From assembly GCA_016748015.1 (NCBI GenBank), contig JAAOMT010000772.1:313541-377540 (forward strand): a DNA stretch of 64,000 nucleotides. Direction: 5' to 3'. The translations under genes and the position numbers were made by a program. Each line of letters opens with the position of its first letter. The first letter of the stretch is position 1. This document shows, piece after piece, positions 39,653 to 51,935 of the stretch. The stretch is from Geosiphon pyriformis uo1 (lineage: Eukaryota > Fungi > Glomeromycota). The notes below the pieces were generated by a model. That model saw only the letters and a list, made by a program, of their open reading frames with translations. It had not been told where the DNA came from and searched no databases.

Positions 39653-42600
39653 TGTTATAGATTGAAGTAACAAGTTAATGGATAACAAGAGAGAACAGAA
39701 TTGTAAAGTGATGAAAAAAATCAAAGAGAATTCAACTTCAAAGAGTGAATTGAATGAATATGGATTCAATATACAAGATCAGTTTCATAAAATATCTTAG
39801 TTGCTATATTTTTCAAAAGATAATTGGGGAATCTAAAGTAGAGAGATAATTCATATTGTTAACAAATAATCACACATTGGTATAATTCTATGTTTTATAT
39901 TAGTGTTCTTAAAATTCAATATCAGATATTAGATATACTCTTTAGTCATATTTTATTCAATAATCTTCAAATGTTACAATTACATGTTTCAAAAAAAAGA
40001 TAGAAAATAACCAACAAGTAATCTTTTATTCTAAAATTTTCAGATACTTGAAGATAGAAAAAGAAAAATTAGTGATAAAAGAAGGATTGAGATGAAAGTT
40101 GTTATTTTATTTATTTTATTTTTTTGATTTTTGATATGCTTTTCTACAGCTAAAAGATTTATTGCTTATATAGCTATCAAAAGTAGTCAATAATCAGATC
40201 AACAATTAGGTCAATAATTAGGTCAACAATCAAGTTATTGATCAGGTCAATAATTACTATTTAAAAATAAAGTGGCTAATTATATGACATTAGTGGCTAA
40301 TACATGTAATAACTAATAAAAAATATGAGTTTTAATCATAACATCATCCTTTCCAAAGAAATTGAGCTTCAGCAAAATCAAGTTATTCATGTAATAATCT
40401 ATTTAAAAGGTTTTGTCCAATTCAAAACTAACTAGTTTATTAAAGTTTTTAGTGAATAAGATATATAATATTTGAAGTAAAATGAGTTTTGTATCCAAGA
40501 AACTAAATCTTTGTATTAGAGTTTTGGCTCTTTTAGCAATAGTTAAAACTTTTGGAACATTTAATTATATAATGTCCAAAATTTCTGCCTGTATCTTTGA
40601 AGTTGTTTTTTTTATTAGTTTTATGTTTTTTATAATTTCATCAAAGTGACCATAGAGTTCTAATTGTCTTCCATATAACAAGTTTTTGTCTATAAGCAAG
40701 ATTTTTTAGAGTTTTTTTCCAATTATGCTAGAAGGTAGAAATATAACTGTTGTTATACTTTTTAACAGATATTTATTTATTTTGCTACCAATTTTTTCTC
40801 TTTTGGTAGTGGTTTTCTTGGGTCTAATAACAGTATATATTCTACTGTTATCAGTTATAATAGTCTGTTTTCCAATAGTCAAAGTAGCATTTGGATAGTT
40901 TTTGATCCAATATTTATGAAAAGTATAGAAAGCATTTTAGATGTTTTGATCCAGAAAATAATTATTTATATCAATTAAAGATACCTCTGTTTTAGGAATA
41001 ATGTATTTATTTATACTTGATTTTTGCTGATTATTTGAGTTGGTATTATTACAACAGGCAACCAATTAGGTCGTTTATAAAATTTCTTAAGTCATGTATC
41101 ATAAACAAGATAATCATTGAAGATTGTTCTAAATAAATCTTAAAGTATATAAAAACCATTGTTTAAAACTTTGTTGATTAAAAAAAATTTTTTCTACCAG
41201 CTAAAGAATTTATTATTATAGACATTGTTTCTGTCTAAATGGTATTCCAATACTAAGTCACTAACACTTAAGGAAAGTGTTTTATAAGTTGTTTTTTTCT
41301 TAAGCTTTTCTTAGAACTGTTTTATCTTTTCAAAGACAATTATTTGTGTTTTTACCAATAAGTTAAGAATAATACCAAGTCTTCTTTGTAAATTGTTTTT
41401 ATAATTCCCTATTGTAATTTCTTCAAAAAGTATTGTTTCAATGTTAGTTTTTATTGGTAGTGTTGCCATGCATCTATAAAACAGATAAAAAAATTCATAA
41501 TTTGTAATATCATGATTCACAGTTTTATAAGCAAACAAAGCTAAAAGCAGTACTTTATCTCATAAGTTTATTTTTTTACTGGTTTTGGTTAAGGTTTTAC
41601 ATAATGTTCTATTGAAATGTTCTACTAAGCCATTTGTTTGGAGGTGATAAGGAGAAAAAAGTTTATAATATATTTCCATTTTTCTACAAAGTTCTTTAAC
41701 TAGTGTACTGAGAAAAGTTCTTCTTCTATTAGATAAAAGTTTTTTGGAGCAGCCATAGTAACAAATAATATCTTCATAAATAAAATTGGTTATTAAGACT
41801 GTTGTTTGATCTGAAATGGTTCTTGCTTATACTTACTTTGTAAAATAGTCAGTAGTTGTAATAATGTATTTGTTGCTATTAGAAGTTATTATTAAAGGCC
41901 TAACAATATCTATACCAATTTTGTTAAATAGTTGGCCAACAGAAATTGAATAAATATCTTCCTTGTAATTGGGTTTTCTTTTTCTTTGGCAGATGTTACA
42001 GATTTTAATGTATTCAGTAATGTTTTTTTCCAAGATAGGCCAATAATAGCAAGCTAAAGTTTTTTGAATTGTTTTTGTTTTTCCAAAGTGTCTAGCTAAT
42101 GGATTAGTATACATGTTATAGATCATAATTTCTCTTTCTTTAAATCTAATAACTCTTTGAGAGCAGTCAAGATCTTTTCTATTTTTTTATATAATTGGTT
42201 TTGGTAAATTAAATAGAAATTAGATTATTTGTGCAAATTTTCTCTTTGCTGTCAAGTGTATTCTGGTGAGTATTGTCTTTTATCCAAAAATTCTATTAAG
42301 ACAGAATAGTTGTCCAAGTCCATTATTATGTTTATTTATAAGGATATTACTAATAATTAAGTTGGTTTGGTTAAGAGGTTGTACTATCACTAAATAGTAA
42401 GTCTAAAGAGAATGTTGGTATTTTGATGATTTGCTCTTTTGTAATATTAAATATCATAGTCAAATTCATCCAAGTGGAGTATCCAATAAGTTATTTGTTT
42501 GTGTTCTAGTTTTTTTTTATTGTGCAGCCAAACCAAAACTTGATAATTTGTTATTACTAAGAATTTTACACCAAGAAGATATTGGTCTCAGTAACTAATA

Positions 42601-45600
42601 GTCCATACTACTGTTAAGCATTCTTGTTTAGTAACTAAATAGTTCTTTTTTGCTAATATAAGAGTTCTATTAGCATATGTTATAGTATGTTCTCTGTTAT
42701 TTTCATTTTTTTATAAGAAAACAGCACCAAGTCTATTGCCAGTTGTATTAGTGTGCAGAATAAAAAATTGGTTCAGATTAGATTGTTTAAGAATTGGTTC
42801 AGTAACAAGTTTTTTCTTTAAAGTTTCAAAAGCCTTTTGTTGATAAGTACTCCAATGATAATTAACATTTTTTCTAAATAGCTGATTAAGAGAAAAGGCG
42901 ATTTTGAAGAAATTTTTGATAAATTTGCAATAATAAGAAGCCAAACCAAGAAAAGAGTATAGTTCAAGAACATTTATTGATTGTCTAATGTTCTGAACTT
43001 TTTCAATTTTAGCTGGATCAAAGAAAATTCTATCTTTTGTAATAAGATAACCAAAAAACTGGGTAGATTGTTGTCCAAAAAAAAATTTGATTGGATTTAT
43101 CTTAAGGCCAGTATTTCTAAAAAGATTAAAAACATTTTAGAAATGTTCAAGATATTCATTTCAGGTTTTTGAATATACTATTATGTCATTTAAATAGACC
43201 AGAACAAAGTTTTCTTTTACTGATTTAAACACTTTGTCTATTAGACATTGAAAAATAGAAAAAGCATTGATAAAACCAAAAGACATGACTGTAAATTTAT
43301 AGATGCCATACTTGGTAATGAAAGCAGTTTTCTTTCTACTTTCTGGATCCATCTTTACTTGCCAGAATTCAGCAGTTAAATCAATAGTTAAGAAAAAAAC
43401 AGCACCATTGAATTTATCTAACTTTGCATCAATTTTGGGAAATGAGTATATGTTTCTTATAGTAATAGTATTTAATTAGTGGTAGTTGACACAGAAATGT
43501 AGAGTTCCACTTTTCTTGGATATTACTACAACTAGGAAAGCCCATTTACTTTTGGTTTTTTGTATAAATCCAAGATTTTTCATTTGGGTTATCTCTTTCT
43601 TGATGAATTCATTATTGTATTAATTGAATTAATAAGACTTCAAATAGATGAGGCAAGTTTCTTTGGTGGTAATAGTGTATTGTATCATATGAGTTTGTTC
43701 AGGAGTTTTACTTTCTTTTGAGATAACTAGGCTATTTCTAATCAACAGATTTTTAATATCTACTTTTTTTTTTCAGAAGAAGATTTTCTTTGTTTTACTG
43801 CAAGTGATTGAATCTTAAATGGTTCATTTCAAAAAACTTTTGTACTTTTCTTAGTTCTTCTCTTGGTATTAGGCTAATGGGTTCCTAATTTTTGTAATAG
43901 ATTAGGCAGAATTTGTATTCATTACTAAGAGAATATAAAGGTTTATCACATTAGCACCAAGCACAAAAGCCATATTACCAATAACTGTATTTTGTTTTCT
44001 TGCCAGATTTTCTATCAAAAGTTTTTTTGAAGATATTATAATAAGGCCAACAGATTAGCTTGTTATTTACAATAATTCTTTCTCTGTTAGCTTTAACATT
44101 ATTTAATGGCTTGTCATTGTTGGTAAAAATAGTATAGACAAGTTCAGCAGTTTCCTCTTGTTCTTTTTGATCTTCTTTTTCATCACTCTTATCATCATTT
44201 GATTTATCTGATTGTTCATTTTCTTAATTCTGCTTGGATACTGGAGAGATTGTCCAATAATGGCACTTAATTACAATAGACTTCTCATCATATCTGATGA
44301 TTAGCTTATAAAGTTCATAGTTAAGTAGTGTTTTGGCTTTTTTGAGCTACTTATTGTTAACAATTATGGTGTACTCTTTTACTTCAGATACTTCTATGTC
44401 AGTTTTAATGCTAATGTCATTGATGCAAACAGAAATAGCTTTGGCTATGCTTAGGTCTTTTTTCTTGTCACTATATATATTAGTTATAGATCAAGTAGAA
44501 GGTTCATCAATTTTTCTTCCAATGGCTTCCAGAAAGTGTTTGGCAATTATACTAACAGATAATTTACTGTTTAAGATTAAGTCAATAAAATAATCACTTT
44601 GCAAATAAAGGGGGTAATATTGCTGTTGTCAGCAAGTTCAGCTTGGCAAAGGCACTTGTTAGTTTTTGGTGTTTTCTTCTTTGGAATTAATGATTTGTAA
44701 AAATCTTTTCTGAACTGTAGATGAGTCATTAATTGGCCAAATGTAATGTGTGCTGGGGTTTTTATAAGATCTTTAATAATGAAATAGAAACCAGATTTTT
44801 GTACTATTTTTGGGGGTTCCAACTTTGGAGAATTTTTAAAAACTTTAGTTTTTGGTGGCTTATTGTTATTAACAGTTAATGTAGATGCTTTGTTTAAGTC
44901 CAGAATGAAATCAATCTTGGCTTTTTTCTTCTTTCTTGTTAATTCAAAGGTATTGATTGCTAGTTTATTTATGTCATAATTATTATTTGTTAATTTAAAA
45001 GCATAAAAAAAGTTTTCTTCTGATTGGCATATACTCTCACTTTTTGGAGGTGTGCCTACTAGTTTAAAGACTAATAAACAATAGCTTTAACTAGAAAATC
45101 TTCTTTAAAGAAATTGATGTTAGTATGATTGGGTCTTTAATTGAAGACACTGTTGTTATTGATTCTGTTATTCTAATTATTATTATTTTTAGAAGCTGGA
45201 AGGAACAGAGAAGAGTTGTTGCAATTTCTGAAGAAATGTTTAGTTAATTCACAATGATAATACACAGATAGGCCATGATTTTATTGTTTTTGATAAGGGA
45301 ATTGCTGGAACTAATTAAAATAGGATTCATATTTGGGTTATTAGAATTGTTGATTTTCTCTAACTGCTTAAGCTAAAAGTTTTAATAGTCAGACAAGATT
45401 GGCTGTTAGTCTATTTATCAATTGTTCATTGGAATCTGGAGTTTGAACAATAAAAAAAATAACAGCCATTTGAAAAGCAGAAGCCATAACAAGAGCAAGA
45501 GCAAAAATTAGAAGTGTAACTTCCAAGTGCATTTTTTGATTGTCTTTAATTTGTTGGGCTAATTCAATAGTCATATTCATTGTGGGATTGTTTTTCAGAG

Positions 45601-47328
45601 CCAAAAGGGGCCAAAGAGCATATGAAAAATCAGTTCTCAATTTTTTTGTAAAGAAGTGAATTTTCTGTTCTTTTGTTTAGTTTTTTTAGAGTCTACTTGC
45701 TTGATTAACTTTCTAATTGCTTTGGCATATTTAGTTATAACTTTACCAAGACTTTGGGTTTTTTTTTCTAATTCCATGTACCATTTAAATATCAAGATAA
45801 AAGTTTTAAATTTTATTTCAAACTGGGTAGTAAAAAAGATGTTGTCTTCTCCAGCATTTGTTAATGTACATTTAATGATTCTTTGCTAAGCATTGACATT
45901 GGTTTTTTGTGAGAACTAAGTAGCTGTAGAGCCTTGAAGATAGCCACCAACAATTTGAAATTTGTATTCATTATTATATTGGTTGGCTGTAGCAGCTCTT
46001 TCAAAGTCATTCAATCATTCAATTAGATCTTGTATATCACTTCTAAATAATGGTAATGAGGTATTGTTTCTTTGCCCCAAAGCAGTTTGTATGCCTTAGA
46101 GGGCAACCAGAATGTTTTGTTGTATAAGGTTATTAGCCATTGGTTAAGGAGTAGCTATTTGTATAGAATATTCTGATTTACTTAAAAAGAGATCAAAAAC
46201 AGGAGCAGTTTGATAGCTTTCTTCTTCTGTTTCAAAGAATGTTTTAGTTAGCTAATGGGCAGCAAACCAAATATAAACTTTGTAATTTAGGTATTCGGAA
46301 TTAGGGAACTGTTGTTCAAATATTGTGAAATATAAAAGCTGATTAATGCTGTTGTTTTTTTCTTCAAAGTTGTCTTTAAAATAAGCTTGGTCAAAGTAAT
46401 AAGTTATATAAACTGTATAAATTTTAGCTGAATGCTTGTTCAGGAACCAGTTCCAAAAGTCTTGAAATTGTCTACTGAATTGTTTTTTAATGAGAAAACA
46501 AATCAAGCAGAAAAACAAAGAATTAAGTTCAATAAAGTCTAGATCATTTTTGTTGTGTGTTTTAATGTGTTTTTCTGATTGTTGTAACAGATATGAATAA
46601 TTACTCATACAATAAAAAACAAAGTGAATTTTGACAACCTTACAAAAAGCACTATTTTTATGTTATGGGTTGGAGTAACAAATTAATAGATAGCAAGGAA
46701 GAACAAAATTGTAGGGTGATAAAAAGAATCAAAGGGAATTCAATTTCAAAGAGTGAATTGAATGAGTATAGATTTAATATGCAAGATTAGTCTCATAAAA
46801 TATTTCAGTTACTATACTTTTCAAAAGATAACTGGAAAATCTGAAGGTAGAAGAATAGTTTGTATTATCAACAAATGATTATACACTGGTATAATTCTAT
46901 GCTTTATGTTAATACTCTTAAAATTTAATATCAAGTATCAGATATATTCTTCAGTTATGTTTTATTCAATAATCTTCAAATACTATAATTACATATTTCA
47001 GGAAAAAGATAGAAAATAACCAAAAAGTAATCTTTTATCCTAAGATGTTCAGATACTTGAAAGTAGAGAAAAAGAAATTAACAATAAGAGAAAGATTAAA
47101 ATAAAAGTTGTTATTTTATTTATTTTATTTCCTTAATTTCTGACATATATTTCTATAGCTAAGAAATTTATTGCTTATATAACTATCAAAAGTGGTTAAT
47201 AATCAGGTCAACAACTAGGTCAATAATTAAGTCAATAATTACTATCTAAAAATAGAATGGCTAATTATATGACATTAGTAATTAATACATGTAATAACTA
47301 ATAAAAAGTTTGAGTTTCAACTATAACA
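39653..47328 (-). mobile_element. Family A gypsy, complete structure, 7676 bp, ATAC TSD
   Basis: LTRs 39653-40343 and 46661-47328 (TGTTAT..ATAACA). Gag capsid/knuckle, protease, RT (KTAFITKYG, VYLNDIIVYS), RNase H (LHTN..LGAV), integrase (HFGKTKT..YYWP..CNICQ, IGIDIV, DYFTK) in Ty3/gypsy order. No dUTPase seen. Confidence 0.93.
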
Positions 47329-50109
47329 ATACTTTTATCTTAATTTATTTTTCATGTTTTTTTCAATATTTATTATTGGTTTCAAATCTTATAGAATTTT
47401 ATCTGATTTAATTAATATTTTTTGTATTTTTAGTTGTAGAATATTACTAATAGATAATGATATTATATTGTAATATGGTTTTAATTAATCATTATGTGTT
47501 GTTTTGGTTAAAATTTTGTTGTCTTATCTTAATTTATAAGCTTTATTTTTTAGAATTTCTTTAATGTAAAATAAACTGTTCTATTCAGAATCAAACTTTT
47601 TATTCTATTGTTTTTCTACTTTAATATGATATAAAAATACTTTGTTTCTAATCTTAAATTTAATCAGTTTATCTAATAATTGGTTGTTATGTTATTTTTT
47701 GGTTTTTTTTGTGACTTTTTTATATTATTAGCTGTTTTTTATTTTTTATTTTTTAGAGTTTCTATTAAGTTATATGTTTTTTTTAACAATGTTTTTTGAA
47801 AGTTGGCTTCTGTTATTAATTTTGTTAAATATTTATTAATATTTATCTTAACTAGTAATGTTACTGTTCTACTATAGACTAATTTAAATAGTGTTGTTTG
47901 TGTAATATCTTGCTTTATTGTCTAATAAGCAAATAATACTGATAATATAAACAAATCCTATTTATTCTGGTTTTTTTAACTAATTTTGGCTATTATTTTA
48001 TATAATGTTTTGTTGAATTTTTCAATTAAGTTATTGTTTATAAATAATATAAAAATAATAATAGTCTTTTAATTCCAAATTTTTATTTAATTTTGTTAAT
48101 ATTTTGTTCACAAAATGAGTTTTTTAGCCTAATAACAATTTTTTTAAACATCTATGTTAACAAATTAAATCTTAATATACAAATTTAGCTATGAATTTTG
48201 TATCTGTTTTTTAAATAACTTTAATTTCTAGCTATTTTGTAAGATAATTCATGACTATTACTATGTATTAATTGCTTTTACTAGTTATAATTAATGATAT
48301 ATTAAGTTAATTTCAATTTAATTAAATAGTTATTCTATTTTGGTTGGTTTTAATGGTTTGTTAAGTCTTATTTCTCTTCTTTTTTGACAAATATCACAAT
48401 TTTGAACATATTAGATGATATTTAAATATATTGATAACCAATAATATTTTTTTATAGTTTTTTTTATGGTTGCTTCTTTATAGAAATATCTTGTAATTAG
48501 ATTTGAATATATATTAAACAGTATTGTTTCTTTCTCTGGTTCTGTAATTACTCTAAATGACTAGTCTAAATCTTTTTTGTTTTTCTAATATAATATATTT
48601 TAATAAGTAATAAAATATTTTAATTGTTGTTTTGTTTTTTTTAAAATAATTTCTTTTTGAACTATTAAGTATTAATATAATATTAAAGTTAATAATATTT
48701 TTGTGTATTCATTTTTTGTTATATTTTTGAGTTGAAATATATTTAAATTTGTTTTATTTATAATAAACTTATCAGCATTTCTATTTTTTTTTCTCTTTTT
48801 ATTATGTACTATATAGTTAAATAGTAATAATTCTATTTTCTATCTTGTATAATAATTATTTTCAAATTTTTGCTTTTAAATTAATGTTAATTCTTTGTAA
48901 TTAATATATATATTAAATTTTTGGCTTAAGTATTTTTATTATTTGATAACAGCCTAATAGATAACTAAATATTCTAATACTAAAGTTCTATAGTTTTTTT
49001 TAGTTAAATTCAAACTTTAGTTGGTATATACTATTAAATATTCTTATTTATTCAATCTTTTTTATAATAGTACTGCTTCTAAAACTTGGTTCAATACATC
49101 TGTTATAATGATAAATAATTTGTTATAATTTGAATAAATTAATACTAAAGCTTGAATAAGCTTTTTTTATAAGATGTTAAAGGCTTTTTGTTATTTCTTA
49201 GTTCATTTATACTTGGTGTTTTTGGCTTAAAACTAGTAAAGTAGTTGAGCCAGTTTGAAGAAATTCTAAATAAAGTAATAGTTATATTTAGCAAATCTTA
49301 AAAATGCTCTTAGTTTTATTAAGTTTGTTAATATAAGAAGGTTTTTAATTATTTCAATTTTATCTGAATCCATTTTAATGTTATTTTTACTTATAACATG
49401 TTTTAAAAACTTGAGTTTAATTTTTTCAAAAAAACATTTGGTAGTATTTAATTTTAATTCTGTTTTTCTTAATTTTTTAAACACTTGTTAAAGATAATAA
49501 AAATGATTATCAAATGTTTTAAAAAATACATTGGTGTTGTTTAAGTATACTATAATTGATTTTTATAGCAATTTGATATAAACAATTTTTATTAGCCATT
49601 AAAAGATAACTGAAATATTGATTAAGCCAAAAACATAACATAAATTTAAAATTCTTTTCTTTAATAATAAATGCTGTTTTTTCTTTGTCAACTAGATTCA
49701 TGGCTACTTGTTAATAACTAATATTTAAATCTAATATAGAAAACCATTTTTTTCTTCTAAAAACATTGAATAATTTTTGGATTTGTAGAGTTAAGTAATT
49801 GTTTTTATAAGTAATACTAATAAGTTTTCTATAATCTACACAAAAGCAAATTTTTTCATTTTTTTTCTGAACAAGTACTATTAATAATGACCATAAATTT
49901 ATTAATAATTAAATTAACTTATTGTTTAATATATGATTGATTTTTTAACAAATAATCTTATAGTTAGTAAGTAGTATTTGATATGCTTTTTGTTTAATTA
50001 ATATTGTATTTCTAGTTTTGATTTAATGTTAAATAATTTTAGTTCTGTCAAATTTGTTTTTATTCACAAAGATATTAGTAAAATTGTTAAATAACAACTT
50101 GATTTACAT

Positions 50110-51083
50110 TGTTACCAGTAGAATTTTAGCTATTAATTAGCATGAAATTACCCTTATAATTCCTATAATTCATTAGTATATTAATATCATTTCAAATTAT
50201 CAGTTATTATTTAATCAATTATCACATATTATGATTCAATTAAAATAATCTAATTAGTATAACAGAAAGTAAGATGATCAAATTACACAATACCCTGAAC
50301 TCTGTAACATTCAAAATTCGCCGAAATTTACAGAAATTCGCCGAAATTATGAATAGTTCACCCAAATTAATCAATAGTTCAGCGAAATAACTTGTAATTC
50401 ATCAAAATGTATCTTTAGTTTGCTGGAATTTGGACAAAGAGAAAAAAAGTGCAAGTTCATAAAACTAGTACTACAACAAATTGTATAAAAAAAAAGCTTT
50501 TCTCTTCTGGAAAATGTATCTTACTTTAGATTTATTACTTAGAACCATTTCTACACATACAAAAAGAAATAAATACCAAATAATTTGAAAAACCAAATTC
50601 TTTAATTATTGCCCTTGGAAAATTCCCAAAAACCAACTAACATTTCGAAATTGATTAGCTACCAATTTCAGTAAACTGTTAATGACTCCAGGCCTAGATA
50701 GAAAACGTTTCTCTTGACAAAAATTCTATTTCTTTTACATTTCTTTTATTTTCTTTTATTTTTCTTACTATAATCATTAGGGTAGCCTACAAACAAGATT
50801 CCTGTAGAAGAGTTGACTTTTACAGCAAAATAACTACACATTTTTAGTGAGCTTCCAGACGAGCAATTCCTAGGAAAGAGTTGATATTTACTACAATGTA
50901 ACTACATAAAGTAACTGGCAAGGAATTGGCTATTCCACTTATAAGCCCAGCAGTTCAAATTATAGGAGATAATTTGAAGATAAATTCAGTTATTGGAGGT
51001 TCAACTACTTCCTGAAAACGTGAATTCACAGCAAATCAACATTATTAACATTTAAGAAAAGAGACCAAAAACCTCTGGTAACA
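50110..51083 (+). mobile_element. Solo LTR family D, ACAT TSD
   Basis: Perfect terminal inverted repeat TGTTACCAG/CTGGTAACA, ACAT on both flanks; homologous to 61599-62575. Confidence 0.93.
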
Positions 51084-51544
51084 ACATATATTAAAATAAG
51101 TCTAAATTTTCCAAATTTATTTGTTTTAATTATTTTGGTTATAACAAATAGCATTTTTTTTATTTGTAAATAGTCTGTAATATAATATTTACATATTTAT
51201 AAAGTTGTAAAAAATCCAGAATAGTGATTTGTGTTTGATTTTTAACTTCAATATTTAAGTATCTGATAATAATTTTGCTTGATATTTCTATTGGGTCTTT
51301 GGTTGTATTGTGTATTGGAATTTTAATGTGTTTATGGTTTTTGGCTAGTATATAAAAATTAGTAATGGCAATATTTTTTAACTTACAAGTAGTAGAATTT
51401 ACTTTAAAAATCTGGGGTTGGTTTTTTACTTTTCTTTTAATAACTATTATATACTAATCATATAATAAAATAAAAAATAATTAATAAGTAAAAATAATTT
51501 TTTTTTAATTAATTGTTTTTTTTTTATTATATTAACTATTATTT

Positions 51545-51935
51545 CTAAATCCAAATTCATTTATCTTTTTTGTTGTTATCCCTAATTTTTTTTTTATTCT
51601 TACTAATACTAACTAAGCTATTTTTATTAAAAGCAGAAACATTGTCTGTACTATCTTTTATTTAATTTAATTATATATGCTTTTTTTGATTTATTTGTAG
51701 TATTGTAATAATATTTTTTATATATTCTGTATCAATTATTCTTCCTTTAATAATCTTTTTTTTTTGCTAAACTAAACCTAAAAGTTAATTGAATTATTGT
51801 TGTTGTTAGAATTTTTAATGTTATTTTTAAATTTATACTAGTGCATAAAAGGAGTTTTAATTTAATAACAACTTTTTTCAGATATCTAAGATTAAATCTT
51901 ACATTAATATTATATATGCATTCTAGCATAATATT
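51545..51935 (-). pseudogene. Decayed dUTPase domain in element B pol
   Basis: NVRFNLRY, LTFRFSLAKK, KGRIIDTEYIKNII, KIVQTMFL, KKINEFGF are transition-decayed dUTPase motifs I-V. Confidence 0.75.
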
